A stretch of DNA of 64,000 nucleotides from an uncultured Planctomycetaceae bacterium (GCA_963833985.1 CAWIAD010000002.1:5440001-5504000), one strand, 5' to 3'. Shown: positions 21,371 through 31,476, counted from the stretch's first letter. Notes: a model not told the origin generated them from the letters alone. A program made the numbers and translations.

Positions 21371-23344
21371 TCAGGGCGTGACAATCGGGAACATCGGCTC
21401 GAAGGAGTCCATGAGGGCCAGGAGCTCGGCCAGCTTGCGGCGGTCGCCTTCAATCCGGATGCTTCCGGTCCGGATCTCCTGCTCCAGGGTCGTCGTGCCG
21501 GTCAAGACCTGGTCGAGCGTGGCGCGGCGGAATGTGATACTGGCGTCGGCCGAGGGGAGCCGTGTCCCGACGGTGTAGGTCAACGCCGCGTTCTCCAGCG
21601 TCACTGCATAGGTCTCACCGGTATCGCTGAACAACCAGTTCATGGTGATACGCTTGCCTTCGGCCTTCGGTCCGTTCAGCCGAATGCCCAGGTAGTCAAG
21701 CAGCAGGTCGACGGGCATGGCACGAAGGGTGTCGCGGCTGTCGACCCGTGCCGCGATGGCTTTGGGTACGCCTTCCCGAAGCTCGCGGGCGCCCATGAGG
21801 TATTCATTCCGCCAGATCGGGTCTTCCGTCTGGTAGCCAAGCTGTTCCAGGGCCGCCGCCTGAAGCTCGCGGGCCTGGCGGTTTTCTGGGTCCGCAAAGA
21901 CGACGTGGTTCATCACCTGGGCCACCCAGCGATATTCTCCCCGGGCGAATGATTCGCGTGCCCGGGCGATCACGGCCGCGGATCCGCCCATGTAAGCGAC
22001 ATAGTTCTTCGCCGCCTCCACCGGAGGCAGAGGATGGAGGTTCGCCGGGTTGGAATCGTACCAGCCGAGATAGCGCTGGTAGACGGCCTTGGCGTTGTGA
22101 TTGACCGAGCCGTAATAGCCGCGGTTGTACCACTCGCGGTCCAGGCTGCGGGGAAGCCGGAGCATCTCGGCGACCTCCAGCATGGTGAAGCCGTGATTCA
22201 TGAGCCGCAACGACTGGTCGTGGATGTACTTGTAAAGGTCGCGCTGCTGCTTCAGGTAGGCGACGACCTGGCTCTGCCCCCAGGTCGGCCACTGGTGCTG
22301 CGCGAAGACGACATCGGACTGATCGCCGAAGAGGGCCACGCATTCATTCAGGGTTTTCCACCAGCTCCGGGCGTCGCGCACCTGGGCTCCGCGCAGCGTG
22401 TACAGGTTGTGCAGCGTGTGCACCGCGTCCTCCGCCGCGCAGAGGGCCCGAAACTGCGGAAAGTGGATGAGGAACTCGGCGGGAGCCTCCGTCCGGGGTG
22501 CCATCTGGAACGTCATCTTCACGCCGTCGATGGTGCGCGTTTCTCCCGTCTTCCTGATCAGGTCGGTCGGCGGAATGAGCGTGACCGTGCCAACCGAGGT
22601 GGTCTTGCCCAGGCCGCTGTCGAGCTGCCCCCTGATCCCTTTCGGCAGCAAGATTCCGAACATATAGATCGCTCTCCGGCCCATCGCGTTGCCGGCGAAG
22701 ACGTTCTCGCTGACCGCCTCCTCGAGAAAACCTTCGGGAGCGAGGATCGAGACCTTCCCCGCCTTCACGGCTGCCTCGGAAACGACGCCCTTGACCCCGC
22801 CGTAATGGTCGACGTGGCTATGCGTGTAGATGACCGCAACCACTTCCCTGCGCGGGCGGTGCCGGTAATACAGGTCCATCCCCGCCCGGGCCGCCTCCAT
22901 CGAGACCAGGGGGTCGATGACGATCAGCCCGTGATCGCCCTCGATGATGTCCATGTTCGAGATGTCGAACCCGCGCACCTGGTAGATGCGGTCGGTCACC
23001 TGGAAGAGACCGTGATTCAGGTTCAACCGGGCCACCCGCCAGAGGCTGGGGTTCACCGTCGGTGGGCACTCATCCTTGAGGAATGCGTAATCCTTCAGGC
23101 TCCAGACCACCCGGCCGTCGCTGGTGGTGATCGTGGCATCGGGCAAGGTGCCCACGAAGCCCCGGCGCGCCGCCACGAAATCATTCTGGTCCTGAAATGG
23201 TAACTGCTCGGTGACACGGACATTGGCGTCGCGGGTCGCCGCGGTCGCGTCCTCCTGGCCTCGGGCTCGATGCGCCGGCAGGGCCAGGCCCAGGAGCAAT
23301 GCCGTCCAGAACCCCCCGCCCAGAACGATCCTGCGCCCGTTCAT
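21371..23344 (-). CDS. Alkyl/aryl sulfatase (SdsA1/BDS1-like metallo-beta-lactamase with SCP2-like C-terminus)
   Basis: TVNPSLWR, YTHSHVDHYGG, HNLYTLRGAQVRD, QHQWP, YYGSVNHN. Signal peptide. Confidence 0.93.
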   Translation of the reverse strand: MNGRRIVLGGGFWTALLLGLALPAHRARGQEDATAATRDANVRVTEQLPFQDQNDFVAARRGFVGTLPDATITTSDGRVVWSLKDYAFLKDECPPTVNPSLWRVARLNLNHGLFQVTDRIYQVRGFDISNMDIIEGDHGLIVIDPLVSMEAARAGMDLYYRHRPRREVVAVIYTHSHVDHYGGVKGVVSEAAVKAGKVSILAPEGFLEEAVSENVFAGNAMGRRAIYMFGILLPKGIRGQLDSGLGKTTSVGTVTLIPPTDLIRKTGETRTIDGVKMTFQMAPRTEAPAEFLIHFPQFRALCAAEDAVHTLHNLYTLRGAQVRDARSWWKTLNECVALFGDQSDVVFAQHQWPTWGQSQVVAYLKQQRDLYKYIHDQSLRLMNHGFTMLEVAEMLRLPRSLDREWYNRGYYGSVNHNAKAVYQRYLGWYDSNPANLHPLPPVEAAKNYVAYMGGSAAVIARARESFARGEYRWVAQVMNHVVFADPENRQARELQAAALEQLGYQTEDPIWRNEYLMGARELREGVPKAIAARVDSRDTLRAMPVDLLLDYLGIRLNGPKAEGKRITMNWLFSDTGETYAVTLENAALTYTVGTRLPSADASITFRRATLDQVLTGTTTLEQEIRTGSIRIEGDRRKLAELLALMDSFEPMFPIVTP

Positions 23345-23560
23345 GAAAGCACCTCCACGCCGTGCCCGAAGCCAGGCTTCTCGCCAAAGTTGAAGTTTCA
23401 GATGGCTATATTAATCGAGCGGCGGGGTGAATGCCCGGGTTCACCGGCGCGAGTTGAGGGACCGGTGCAAAGTTGACGCGGGAAAAAACCGGGCCCGCAC
23501 TGCGCGCCTTTTCATGCCGCGCGGTGCGGGCCGTGCTCGGGCCGGCCAGGAGGTCGTCAG

Positions 23561-25243
23561 TCAGATCGAAACCAGGTCCTGCCCTTCCCCGTCGACCAGC
23601 GAGAGCAGGAGCGAGCGGCTCTTGTCGCGCGATTCGCCGATAGCGGTGACGTAGACCGCGGGGTCATCCTTCACCGGGCATTCGTGCTCGCAGATGCCGC
23701 AGCCAATGCACTTCTCGGCGTCGATGTAGGGCCGCTTGAGCTGGAGCGTGGCGCCCCAGCGGTCGGTGACCTCGACGTTGCGGGTGAAGATCGCCTTGGG
23801 GCTGACCGGGCAAACCTCCTCGCAGACCACGCAGCTTGTGTCCATGGCCCAGGGGAGGCAGCGGCCCTGGTTGTAGAAGGCGGTGCCGGTCTTGACCGGT
23901 CCCTTGACCTCGAACGGGCCGATGCCCAGCTTCTCGGCGATCGAGATCTCGCGGATGGCGCCCGTGGGGCAAACCTGGCTACAGAGCGTGCAGTTCAGCT
24001 CGCACCAGCCCATCTTGGAGATCATGATGGGCGTCCAGAGGCCCTCCAGGCCCGCCTCGAACATGGCCGGCTGGAGCACGTTCGTGGGGCAGACGCGGAT
24101 GCACTGGTCGCACTTGATGCAGCGCCGCAGGAACTCGTCCTCGGCCACCGAGCCGGGCGGGCGGATCACGCTCCGGCTGAAGTTCTTCTTGACGCCGCCG
24201 GAGGCCCGCGTCATCGGGAAGAAGAAGAGGCCGAAGAGACCGGCCAGGACGAGCTCGCGGCGACCCACCGCCGGGTAGGTCACCTCGCTGGCCTTGCGCG
24301 GCAGGAATCGGAATGAGAGTGCGTCGTGCGGGCAATCTTCGATGCAGTTCAGGCACACGAAGCACTCACTCTTGCGCAGGTCGGTATGCGGGTCGGAAGC
24401 GCCTTCGCAGCTCTTCAAGCAGAGGTCGCAATCGGTGCAGCGTACCGGGTCGCGATCGATGCGCCAGAGCGAGAACCGGCTGAAGATGCCCAGCAGCGCG
24501 CCGAGCGGGCAGATCGCCCGGCAGAAGAAGCGGGGAATCCACCAGTTGGCGAACAGGAAGCCAAGGAAGATGAGTCCCACGACCCACGCCTGCCAGTACT
24601 CGCGGGGCTCTGTGTAGACGCTCTCGGTGGCCTTGTTCACGGTGGGCAGGACGCTGGTGGTCATGGAGCGGACGGTGAGCGCGATCGGGTCTAGCAAGCC
24701 GATCTGCAACGAGCTGTTGTTGAGCTTGTGATCCTCGGCCGCTTGCGCGACCCCTGCGCCCACGGCCGCAAAGACGCGGGGCAGCCCCGTCTGTTTCAGC
24801 TCTCCTCCGCGGTAAACCTGCCAGATCTTGCCCGGGGCGTCGATGGTGGTGGGAATGATCCAGAGGCCGGCCATGGCAATCATCACGGCCAGGATGTAGT
24901 ACTTGATGGCGTAGATCTTGCGGTAGCGGTTCACCTCGATCATCTGCTTGGTGTTCCGCCGGTTGCCGATGACGCCGAAGAGGTGGTGCAGGATGCCGAA
25001 GGGGCACATCCAGTTGCACCAGACCCGCCCGAGCATCATGGTGATGGCAATGACCACCAGCCCCCACACCAGGTTGCGGTAAATGGTATGGGTGGTGAGC
25101 GCCGTGGCGACGGCCACCAGCGGCGTGGCTTCGAGGAATAGCGACGCCGGCCACCCCTTGAGGTAGCGCAGGTCGGTGATCAGCAGGAAGAAGAGGAAGA
25201 GCCCCAGGAAGAGCACTTCATAAGCACGGCGAATCTTGACCAT
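23561..25243 (-). CDS. Membrane polyferredoxin (NapH/MauN-like + MauM/NapG-like 4Fe-4S domains)
   Basis: CNWMCPFG, CRAICPLG and several CxxCxxCxxxCP motifs; IRPPG. Confidence 0.9.
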   Translation of the reverse strand: MVKIRRAYEVLFLGLFLFFLLITDLRYLKGWPASLFLEATPLVAVATALTTHTIYRNLVWGLVVIAITMMLGRVWCNWMCPFGILHHLFGVIGNRRNTKQMIEVNRYRKIYAIKYYILAVMIAMAGLWIIPTTIDAPGKIWQVYRGGELKQTGLPRVFAAVGAGVAQAAEDHKLNNSSLQIGLLDPIALTVRSMTTSVLPTVNKATESVYTEPREYWQAWVVGLIFLGFLFANWWIPRFFCRAICPLGALLGIFSRFSLWRIDRDPVRCTDCDLCLKSCEGASDPHTDLRKSECFVCLNCIEDCPHDALSFRFLPRKASEVTYPAVGRRELVLAGLFGLFFFPMTRASGGVKKNFSRSVIRPPGSVAEDEFLRRCIKCDQCIRVCPTNVLQPAMFEAGLEGLWTPIMISKMGWCELNCTLCSQVCPTGAIREISIAEKLGIGPFEVKGPVKTGTAFYNQGRCLPWAMDTSCVVCEEVCPVSPKAIFTRNVEVTDRWGATLQLKRPYIDAEKCIGCGICEHECPVKDDPAVYVTAIGESRDKSRSLLLSLVDGEGQDLVSI

Positions 25244-25266
25244 CGGTCCCTCCAGCGGGGGGAGTG
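25100..25266. repeat. Direct repeat copy 1 (RBS and first ~47 codons of the polyferredoxin gene)
   Basis: 167 bp, 6 mismatches to 26097-26263. Confidence 0.95.
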
Positions 25267-25362
25267 AAACGGGCTGGCGGCAGGCTGTTCATGTACTCGA
25301 GCGTCTCGGGATACAGTGCATGGGCGACGAGTGTCCAGAACATGGCGTCGCGATCGGGGCAT

Positions 25363-25698
25363 TCACAGGAACTCAACCCGATTCATGATGTCGGGAGGAT
25401 CGTAAATCTCCCAGATCAGTTCCAGGCAATCGATGATCTCCCTGATGGAACGGCTTGCAGGCTGGCAATAGGCGATCCCGTGGTGGGAGATCCCGCGGGC
25501 GGCGATTCGAAGGAAGTCGGCGTCCTGGGTAATAATCACGCGCTGTTCCTTGCTTGCGAACGCAAGATGCTCTTCGTCCGGAGCATGAAGCAAGCGTGCT
25601 TCCGCCGTGGTCGTCACGTCAATCCCCTTCTTTCGCAGTCCTGATGCAACGCGGGGGTCGCAATTCTCATCCAGGTGGAACCGTATCGCTCTGGGCAT
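25363..25698 (-). CDS. DUF5615 PIN-like toxin (VapC45-like)
   Basis: FHLDEN, D..HLAFA, RVIITQDADF, HHGI. Confidence 0.85.
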   Translation of the reverse strand: MPRAIRFHLDENCDPRVASGLRKKGIDVTTTAEARLLHAPDEEHLAFASKEQRVIITQDADFLRIAARGISHHGIAYCQPASRSIREIIDCLELIWEIYDPPDIMNRVEFL

Positions 25699-26005
25699 CA
25701 CGCTCCGCCAGAATCTGCTCGAGACGAGACGAAGGATTCCTGGCCCTCACCTCCGCAACGAATGCCTCGTCCGCCTCCATCTGCTGGTGGATTTCCTCCC
25801 GGTGATCGTGGTAGTAGGCCAGTGCCGCATGGACATCGGCGGGCGTGATTCCCGGATAGGTTCTGGAAATCTCAGCGACCGAGATCCCCATCTGTTCGTG
25901 CCAGATGACGATATTCTGAACCGTGATCCGATGGCCCGCGATCCGCGGTTTGCCGCCGCAGACCCCCGGCGTGATTTCGATGTGCTCGGTGCTCAACCGG
26001 ACCAT
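25667..26005 (-). CDS. DUF433 antitoxin (VapB45-like)
   Basis: ITPGVCGGKPRIAGHRITV, YP.IT.ADVHAALAYY. Confidence 0.9.
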   Translation of the reverse strand: MVRLSTEHIEITPGVCGGKPRIAGHRITVQNIVIWHEQMGISVAEISRTYPGITPADVHAALAYYHDHREEIHQQMEADEAFVAEVRARNPSSRLEQILAERDAQSDTVPPG

Positions 26006-26019
26006 TTGAAATATGCCCC

Positions 26020-26098
26020 TCAGCCAAAGAGAATCCCGATCACATCGAGCACAGCCCCTCAATCAAAGAGAATCCCCTTGAGCTCGAGCACGAACCCG
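26020..26098 (-). pseudogene. Two tandem remnants of Uma2 gene 3' ends
   Basis: Minus strand reads GFVLELKGILFD* (to 26059) and VLDVIGILFG* (to 26020), matching the GFVLDLKGILFD* end of intact neighbours. Confidence 0.8.
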
Positions 26099-26263
26099 CC
26101 GTGGCGATGGCCACCAGCGGCGTGGCTTCCAGGAATAGCGACGCCGGCCACCCCTTGAGGTAACGCAGGTCGGTGATCAGCAGAAAGAAGAGGAAGAGCC
26201 CCAGGAAGAGCACTTCATAGGCACGGCGAATCTTAACCATCGGTCCCTCCAGCGGGGGGAGTG
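26097..26263 (-). pseudogene. Direct repeat copy 2: truncated 5' duplicate of the polyferredoxin gene
   Basis: MVKIRRAYEVLF...PLVAIATA, then homology stops. Confidence 0.9.
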
Positions 26264-26928
26264 GGTTTATGCTTGAGTTTCGGCTGCCAGCGATCGGCCC
26301 TGGCGAGCAATCGTGAGAGTGGCAAGGTGAAACCAGGCAAAAGGCCAGTCTCGTACGATTGGGATTCAGTCACGATGTCGTAAGTCGGGCCGGCCGGACC
26401 CTTGCGATAAACAGTCATGATGCGCCGGAAACGATCGATGATCCAGTATTCCTTGACGCCAGCGGCCAGGTACTCGTCGCGCTTCTCTTCGTAATCGCGA
26501 AGTGCGTCGCGGCGACGGGACGAGACGAACTCGACGACGATGGCGGGAACGTCTTGAGTGGTATCGGGAAGATGTCCCAGGCCCACCCAGATAGCGCGGT
26601 CGCATCGCCTCCGGTACGGAGTTCCAGGTACCGTGCGTTCCGGCATGGTCAGCCCGAATGGATCTTGTCGCGATGAAGACTCGAAGTGACTTCTCAGCAA
26701 GTGTCCCAGCTCGTCATTGGGGTCGACTTCGGCATCGCCGGCAGGTGGTGTCACCACAAGCACTCCGCGGATGACCTCGTAGCGGTAGCCCTTCACGAAC
26801 TGGGAGGGTGGCAGGGCGTCAAACTCCTCCACCGTCATGCGGTTACCGGCGGATTGCGGGCCGATCCGAGGCGCGCGGGTTCGGCGGTTTGTTCCGGGCG
26901 CTTCGGGTTGGGATTCGACAGTTGCCAT
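26233..26928 (-). CDS. Uma2 family endonuclease (PD-(D/E)xK)
   Basis: YEVIRG, IVVEFVS, DYEEKRDEY..AGVKEYWIID, LLPGF. Confidence 0.9.
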   Translation of the reverse strand: MATVESQPEAPGTNRRTRAPRIGPQSAGNRMTVEEFDALPPSQFVKGYRYEVIRGVLVVTPPAGDAEVDPNDELGHLLRSHFESSSRQDPFGLTMPERTVPGTPYRRRCDRAIWVGLGHLPDTTQDVPAIVVEFVSSRRRDALRDYEEKRDEYLAAGVKEYWIIDRFRRIMTVYRKGPAGPTYDIVTESQSYETGLLPGFTLPLSRLLARADRWQPKLKHKPTPPAGGTDG

Positions 26929-26962
26929 GGTTTACCGGGAGACAAGCAAGGCTTGCGTGAGG

Positions 26963-27604
26963 TCAATCAAAAAGAATTCCCTTCAGGTCGAGCACGAACC
27001 CGGGCAGGACGTCTTCACCCGAGAGGGTCGCGGGCTTGTCCAATGTCTCGACGGGCCGGCCGGGGCGGTAGATCTCCACCGTGCCGCCGATCGGATCGAT
27101 CAGCCAGCCGAGACGGACGCCCTGGGCGAGATACTCTTGCATCTTGCCGCGCAGCTCCTTCATCGTATCGCTGGTCGAGCGCAGCTCGGCGACGAAGTCC
27201 GGGCAGACGTGGGAGAACTTCAGCCGCTCCTCCCGGGGAATCCGCGCCCACCGCTCCGAGGTCATCCAGGAGGCGTCCGGGCCGCGGATCGCCGAGTTCG
27301 GAAGCGTGAAACCCGCCGAGGAGTCGAACGCCACGCCAAGGTTGGTCTGGCGGTTCCAGATCCAGAGGAGGGCGGTGATGCTTGCGTTACGCTGGCTTCC
27401 ATCGGGTCCAGCAGGCGGCATGACGATCAATGCTCCCTCAGCCGTGCGCTCCAGCCGGAGCACCGGGTTCTCCTGGCAAAGCCGCCAGAAGTCCTCGTCG
27501 GAGACACGCAGGCGCACGTCCGGCGGGACGGACAGCGCCAGCGCCTGCCCCGAGCGGGCAAGGGCCTGGCTCTCCCCGGGATGATCCGTGATCAGCGTGC
27601 TCAT
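26963..27604 (-). CDS. Uma2 family endonuclease
   Basis: FDSSAGFTLP, RGPDASW, CPDFVAELRS, KMQEY, LGWLIDP, LPGFVLDL. Confidence 0.93.
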   Translation of the reverse strand: MSTLITDHPGESQALARSGQALALSVPPDVRLRVSDEDFWRLCQENPVLRLERTAEGALIVMPPAGPDGSQRNASITALLWIWNRQTNLGVAFDSSAGFTLPNSAIRGPDASWMTSERWARIPREERLKFSHVCPDFVAELRSTSDTMKELRGKMQEYLAQGVRLGWLIDPIGGTVEIYRPGRPVETLDKPATLSGEDVLPGFVLDLKGILFD

Positions 27605-27674
27605 GATCCCACTGCCTCGCCTCACTCCGCGCCACTTCTCATGCCGGACCGTGATCTCCCGCGGCCACTGCCCC

Positions 27675-28316
27675 TCAATCGAACAGGATACCCTTCAGGT
27701 CCAGTACAAAACCGGGCAAGACGTCCTCGCCAGAGAGGGTCGCGGGTCGCGCGAGCGTCTCGACGGGCCGGCCGGGACGGTAGATCTCGACCGTCTGTTC
27801 GATGGGATCGATCAGCCAGCCGAGTTTGGCTCCCTGCGCGATGTACTCGCCCATCTTCAGACGAACCTTTCCCTTCTTCCTGTCCGACCGGGAGCGCAGC
27901 TCGATGACGAAGTCGGGACAGATCGGGGAAAACTTCTCGTCCTTCTCCGCGGCCGTCAGGGCGTTCCAGCGCTCGTCAGAGATCCATGAGGTATCCGGCG
28001 ACCGGGTTGCTCCGCTGGGAAGCTTGAACCCGGCTGATGAATCAAAGGCTGTTCCCGTACCGTCGATCCTTGCCCAGACGACGACCTGGGCTGTCAGATT
28101 GGCGTTTCTCGCACCCGTCCCCCCGCTGGTGGGCGGCATGACTTCGAGGATGCCTTTCTCCGAACGCTCCATCCGGAGCTCGCGGTTTTCCTGGCAGAGA
28201 CGCCAGAAGTCCCGGTCGGAGACCCGGAGCCGTACGGTCGATGGGACGAGGAGATTTACGGCCCTCTCCGGTCGCCCGCGGCCAGTTCGAGGCTTGGCCT
28301 TCGATACCTGGCTCAT
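27675..28316 (-). CDS. Uma2 family endonuclease
   Basis: RSPDTSW, CPDFVIELRS, LGWLIDP. ATG overlaps the DUF362 stop (ATGA). Confidence 0.93.
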   Translation of the reverse strand: MSQVSKAKPRTGRGRPERAVNLLVPSTVRLRVSDRDFWRLCQENRELRMERSEKGILEVMPPTSGGTGARNANLTAQVVVWARIDGTGTAFDSSAGFKLPSGATRSPDTSWISDERWNALTAAEKDEKFSPICPDFVIELRSRSDRKKGKVRLKMGEYIAQGAKLGWLIDPIEQTVEIYRPGRPVETLARPATLSGEDVLPGFVLDLKGILFD

Positions 28317-29412
28317 ACCGTGATCTCCTCGGTCCACTGCGGCCGCCAGTCCTGGCCCAGCCCGCGCTTGATGACCTTGTCGAGGTAGATGATGTCGCTC
28401 CGCCGCTTGTCCAGCAGGTGGGTGACGCACCAGCTATCAACGGACGTGTGGTCGGTGCCCACCACGATCGTGTCGCCCTTCTTCACATCGTTCAGGCTGC
28501 CGCCGGTCGGGCCGTTGCGCATCAGGAGCTTGCGGCCGTCGGCGATCACCAGCGACGGCTTCATCATGAGCGCGAAGTCGGAGATGATGCCGTGGATGTT
28601 CTGGTGGAACTGGTTGCGCGGGTTGCCCAGCAGGCCGTACCAGTTCTTCATGGTGACGGTGGCCTTGCAGAGGTTGTGGTCCTTCACGGGCGAGATGCCG
28701 ATGACCTTGGTGGCCTCGCGGAAGGGGCGGTAGAACATCCGCCAGGTGTGGGTGATCGTCTCGCCGCCGATGTAGAGCTGCTCGAAGTAGCTGTCCTTGG
28801 GGAGCATCAGCTCGGCCCCGGCGCGGACGGCGGCCTCACCCACCTTGGTCTTGTAGAAGCAGCTCTCGGGGTTGTTGATGGGGTTGTCGGCGACGATCAC
28901 CTTGCGTGCCCCGGCGCCCAGGCAGAGCTTGGTCACGGCGGCCACCGTGTCCGGCTGCGTGGTCGCGGCCAGGTCGGGGTTCTTGTCGAAGGCGACGTTC
29001 GGCTTGATCACCACCACGTCCCCCTTGCGGATGAAGGTGTCCACGCCGCCCATGGCGTCGAGCGCGGCCTTGACCATCTTCATCGCCTGCTCCTCGCGGG
29101 CCAGGAGCTCGGCCTCCTTGCTGGCGTGCTCCTCCGGATTGACCGGGCTGGAACGCACCACGACCAGGCTGGGACGGCTGGGAGAGAGCGTGATCGAGTA
29201 ATCCTTCAGCCGCACCGGCGGCGGCGGCTTGATGCCCTCCATGCCCCAGGTGTCGTGCAGCATCAGCCCTGCGCCACAGCGCCCCCGGCGACCAGACCGT
29301 AGCCGCCAACCTGGCGGACGAACTGCCTGCGCGAGAAGGGTTGCTCCGCCGGGTTGACGCCGCCAAGCCGCTCCAGGTTCTTGAGCTGGGTCCGGGTCAG
29401 TTTCTCGCTCAT
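28313..29412 (-). CDS. DUF362 domain protein with Tat-like motif (frameshift near 29275)
   Basis: MSEKL...SRRQFV start; VVIKPN, KDH..C..T.TMKNWYG, NGPTGG. Confidence 0.85.
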
Positions 29413-29467
29413 CGGTCAACCTCGGTAAGTGAAGGATCGAACGACTGCCGCCTGATCGCTTGCTTGC

Positions 29468-31234
29468 CTACTTGCCGCCGCTGATGGACGGCACGTGGGC
29501 CGGTAAGGATTTCGCCAGCGCCCGGGCGAACGCCTCGGCCGGATCCTGCCTGGTGGCGCCGTTGGCGCCGGCGATGGTGTTCCCCTTGCGGAAGATCACG
29601 TCGAAGAGGCCGATGCTCGAGCTGACGACCATCGTGTCGGCCCCTTCCGCCTGGAGCGTCTTCACCTCCGCACCGTCCTGCTTGACGCTGGAGAGGTACT
29701 TGTCGATCACCTCCTGCGCTTCCTTGTCATCAGCGTACGGCCGCACGAACCCCTGCCAGGTGACATCCCCCTTCTTGTAATCGGCCATGAAGACGTCGGA
29801 GAGGAAGCTGTAGCCGAAAACGTCCTGAGCGACGTACTTGTTGTCGCCCTGCTTGCCCGTGGCGGGCAGGAACTTGAAGTAGGTGGCCGGGGTGACCTCG
29901 GCGGCTGCGGCGGGTGCAGGGGCAGTTGCACTTCCGGCCGCGGCCGCGGGTCGGGGCTCGGGCTGGTTCCCGGCCGGCGCGGCGTCGCCCTCGCCAGGCT
30001 CAACCCCCGGCTCGGCGGCCGAGGCCACCGCCGGTGGGGCCGCACCGGCCGGCGCGGCTGCGCCGGGCTTCTGCTGCGCCGCCACGCGTCTGGCCAGCGC
30101 CAGCGCGAAGGCCGCGAACTTCGGGTCGTCCTGGGTGGAGACGATCTGGGTGTAATACTTGCCGGCGTAGAACAGGGTGCTCCCGGCGGTGCTGTAACCC
30201 TCGTCGCCCACGGGGATGACCTTCGCCTCGTCGGGCTTCTCCGAGCCATACTTGCCCAGCGCCTTGAGCGGATTGGCCATCTCGAAGACGTAAAGCTGGA
30301 TCTCGTTGTTCGGGTCCCCCGTGGGGTGGTAGAAGGTGTAGGCCATGCCCGTGACGCCGTACTGCAAGAAGCTCTCGGCACGGCCGTCGATCTTCTCGTA
30401 AAGGTTCTCGGCGTTGAACGTCTCGATGTACTTGCTGCCGGACTTCTCGGGCGTCCAGCCGGCGGGGAGGTCGGCGAGCGGCAGCATGGAGGCAATGGCC
30501 TTCTGCGGGTCGGGCACCGCGGCGATCTCGGCCGCGACCTGGGCCGGCGCCAGGCCGTTGCCGCTGCCTGCCGCGGGGAGAGCCACCGACGCCGGAGCCG
30601 GAGCTGCCGCAATGGCCACCGCTGGAGTCATCGCCACAGGGGAGGTCATCCCTTTCAGGGCGACCGGCGGAGCCGTGAAGTCCATGAGCTGTTGCGGTCC
30701 GTCCACGCCCACGCTACGGCGCACGCCGGCCAGCGATTGCAGGACGTTCGGAAACGACTGCGCCACCGCGGGCGATGTCCCGGCCACGGCACGCAGTGCA
30801 AGCATCGCCTCATCGAGCTTCTTGACGTTGTCGACCAGGTTCTTCCGCTCCAGGGCCAGATGTTCCATCTCGCGCTTCACCGCCGCGTCCGCCTCCTGCA
30901 CGCTTGCCAGCCCGCGGCCCTGCTCGAGCACGGACCAGTTCTTGTTCGGATCGAACTCGTAGCGGTTCTTGTCGAAGGTGCGGCTCTTGAGCACCAGGGC
31001 CGAGAAGATGGCGGGGATGGTCATGACCAGGATCATTCCGACCACGATGGATGAGAACGACGGGCGGAGCATGACCCGGCCCCGGCGGGCCTTGAACCAC
31101 TCCATCCGGCCCAGGATCGCGAAGGCCAGCGGTGTGCTTGCCAGTGCGATCAGTGCCGCGGTGAGCGCCAGCACCATGAGCGGATCGTCCGCGAATTCAT
31201 TACCGTACTTTGCCCACAGGCCCGTGACGTTCAT
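29468..31234 (-). CDS. Membrane-anchored DUF6599-like protein
   Basis: Two N-terminal TMs; NLYEKIDGRAESFLQYG, YVFEM...ALG.Y, GKYY. Confidence 0.65.
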   Translation of the reverse strand: MNVTGLWAKYGNEFADDPLMVLALTAALIALASTPLAFAILGRMEWFKARRGRVMLRPSFSSIVVGMILVMTIPAIFSALVLKSRTFDKNRYEFDPNKNWSVLEQGRGLASVQEADAAVKREMEHLALERKNLVDNVKKLDEAMLALRAVAGTSPAVAQSFPNVLQSLAGVRRSVGVDGPQQLMDFTAPPVALKGMTSPVAMTPAVAIAAAPAPASVALPAAGSGNGLAPAQVAAEIAAVPDPQKAIASMLPLADLPAGWTPEKSGSKYIETFNAENLYEKIDGRAESFLQYGVTGMAYTFYHPTGDPNNEIQLYVFEMANPLKALGKYGSEKPDEAKVIPVGDEGYSTAGSTLFYAGKYYTQIVSTQDDPKFAAFALALARRVAAQQKPGAAAPAGAAPPAVASAAEPGVEPGEGDAAPAGNQPEPRPAAAAGSATAPAPAAAAEVTPATYFKFLPATGKQGDNKYVAQDVFGYSFLSDVFMADYKKGDVTWQGFVRPYADDKEAQEVIDKYLSSVKQDGAEVKTLQAEGADTMVVSSSIGLFDVIFRKGNTIAGANGATRQDPAEAFARALAKSLPAHVPSISGGK

Positions 31235-31476
31235 CGTGCCACCGCCGTCGGTCCAGGAAGGAAGGAGATATCACACACCGTCGCAGGACCTGCAAGGTGC
31301 GTTGCCCGGATGCGGAAACCGGGAGAGGAGTGCAGGTTTTCGTTCGATCCGGGTTTACCGCAGTTCCGAGCGTCTGCCAGATCCGGCCAATCCACGCGAC
31401 CGGTTGCCCGGCCAGTGCCCTGAATTATAGCGAGCCCCGCGGGCGCCGGGCAATGCGCGAAGCCAGGCGGATCGAC

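Noticed and set aside
26014..26098. Short repeats as a CRISPR array or attC sites
   Set aside because: They translate to Uma2 C-termini. No regular spacers, cas genes or attC structure.
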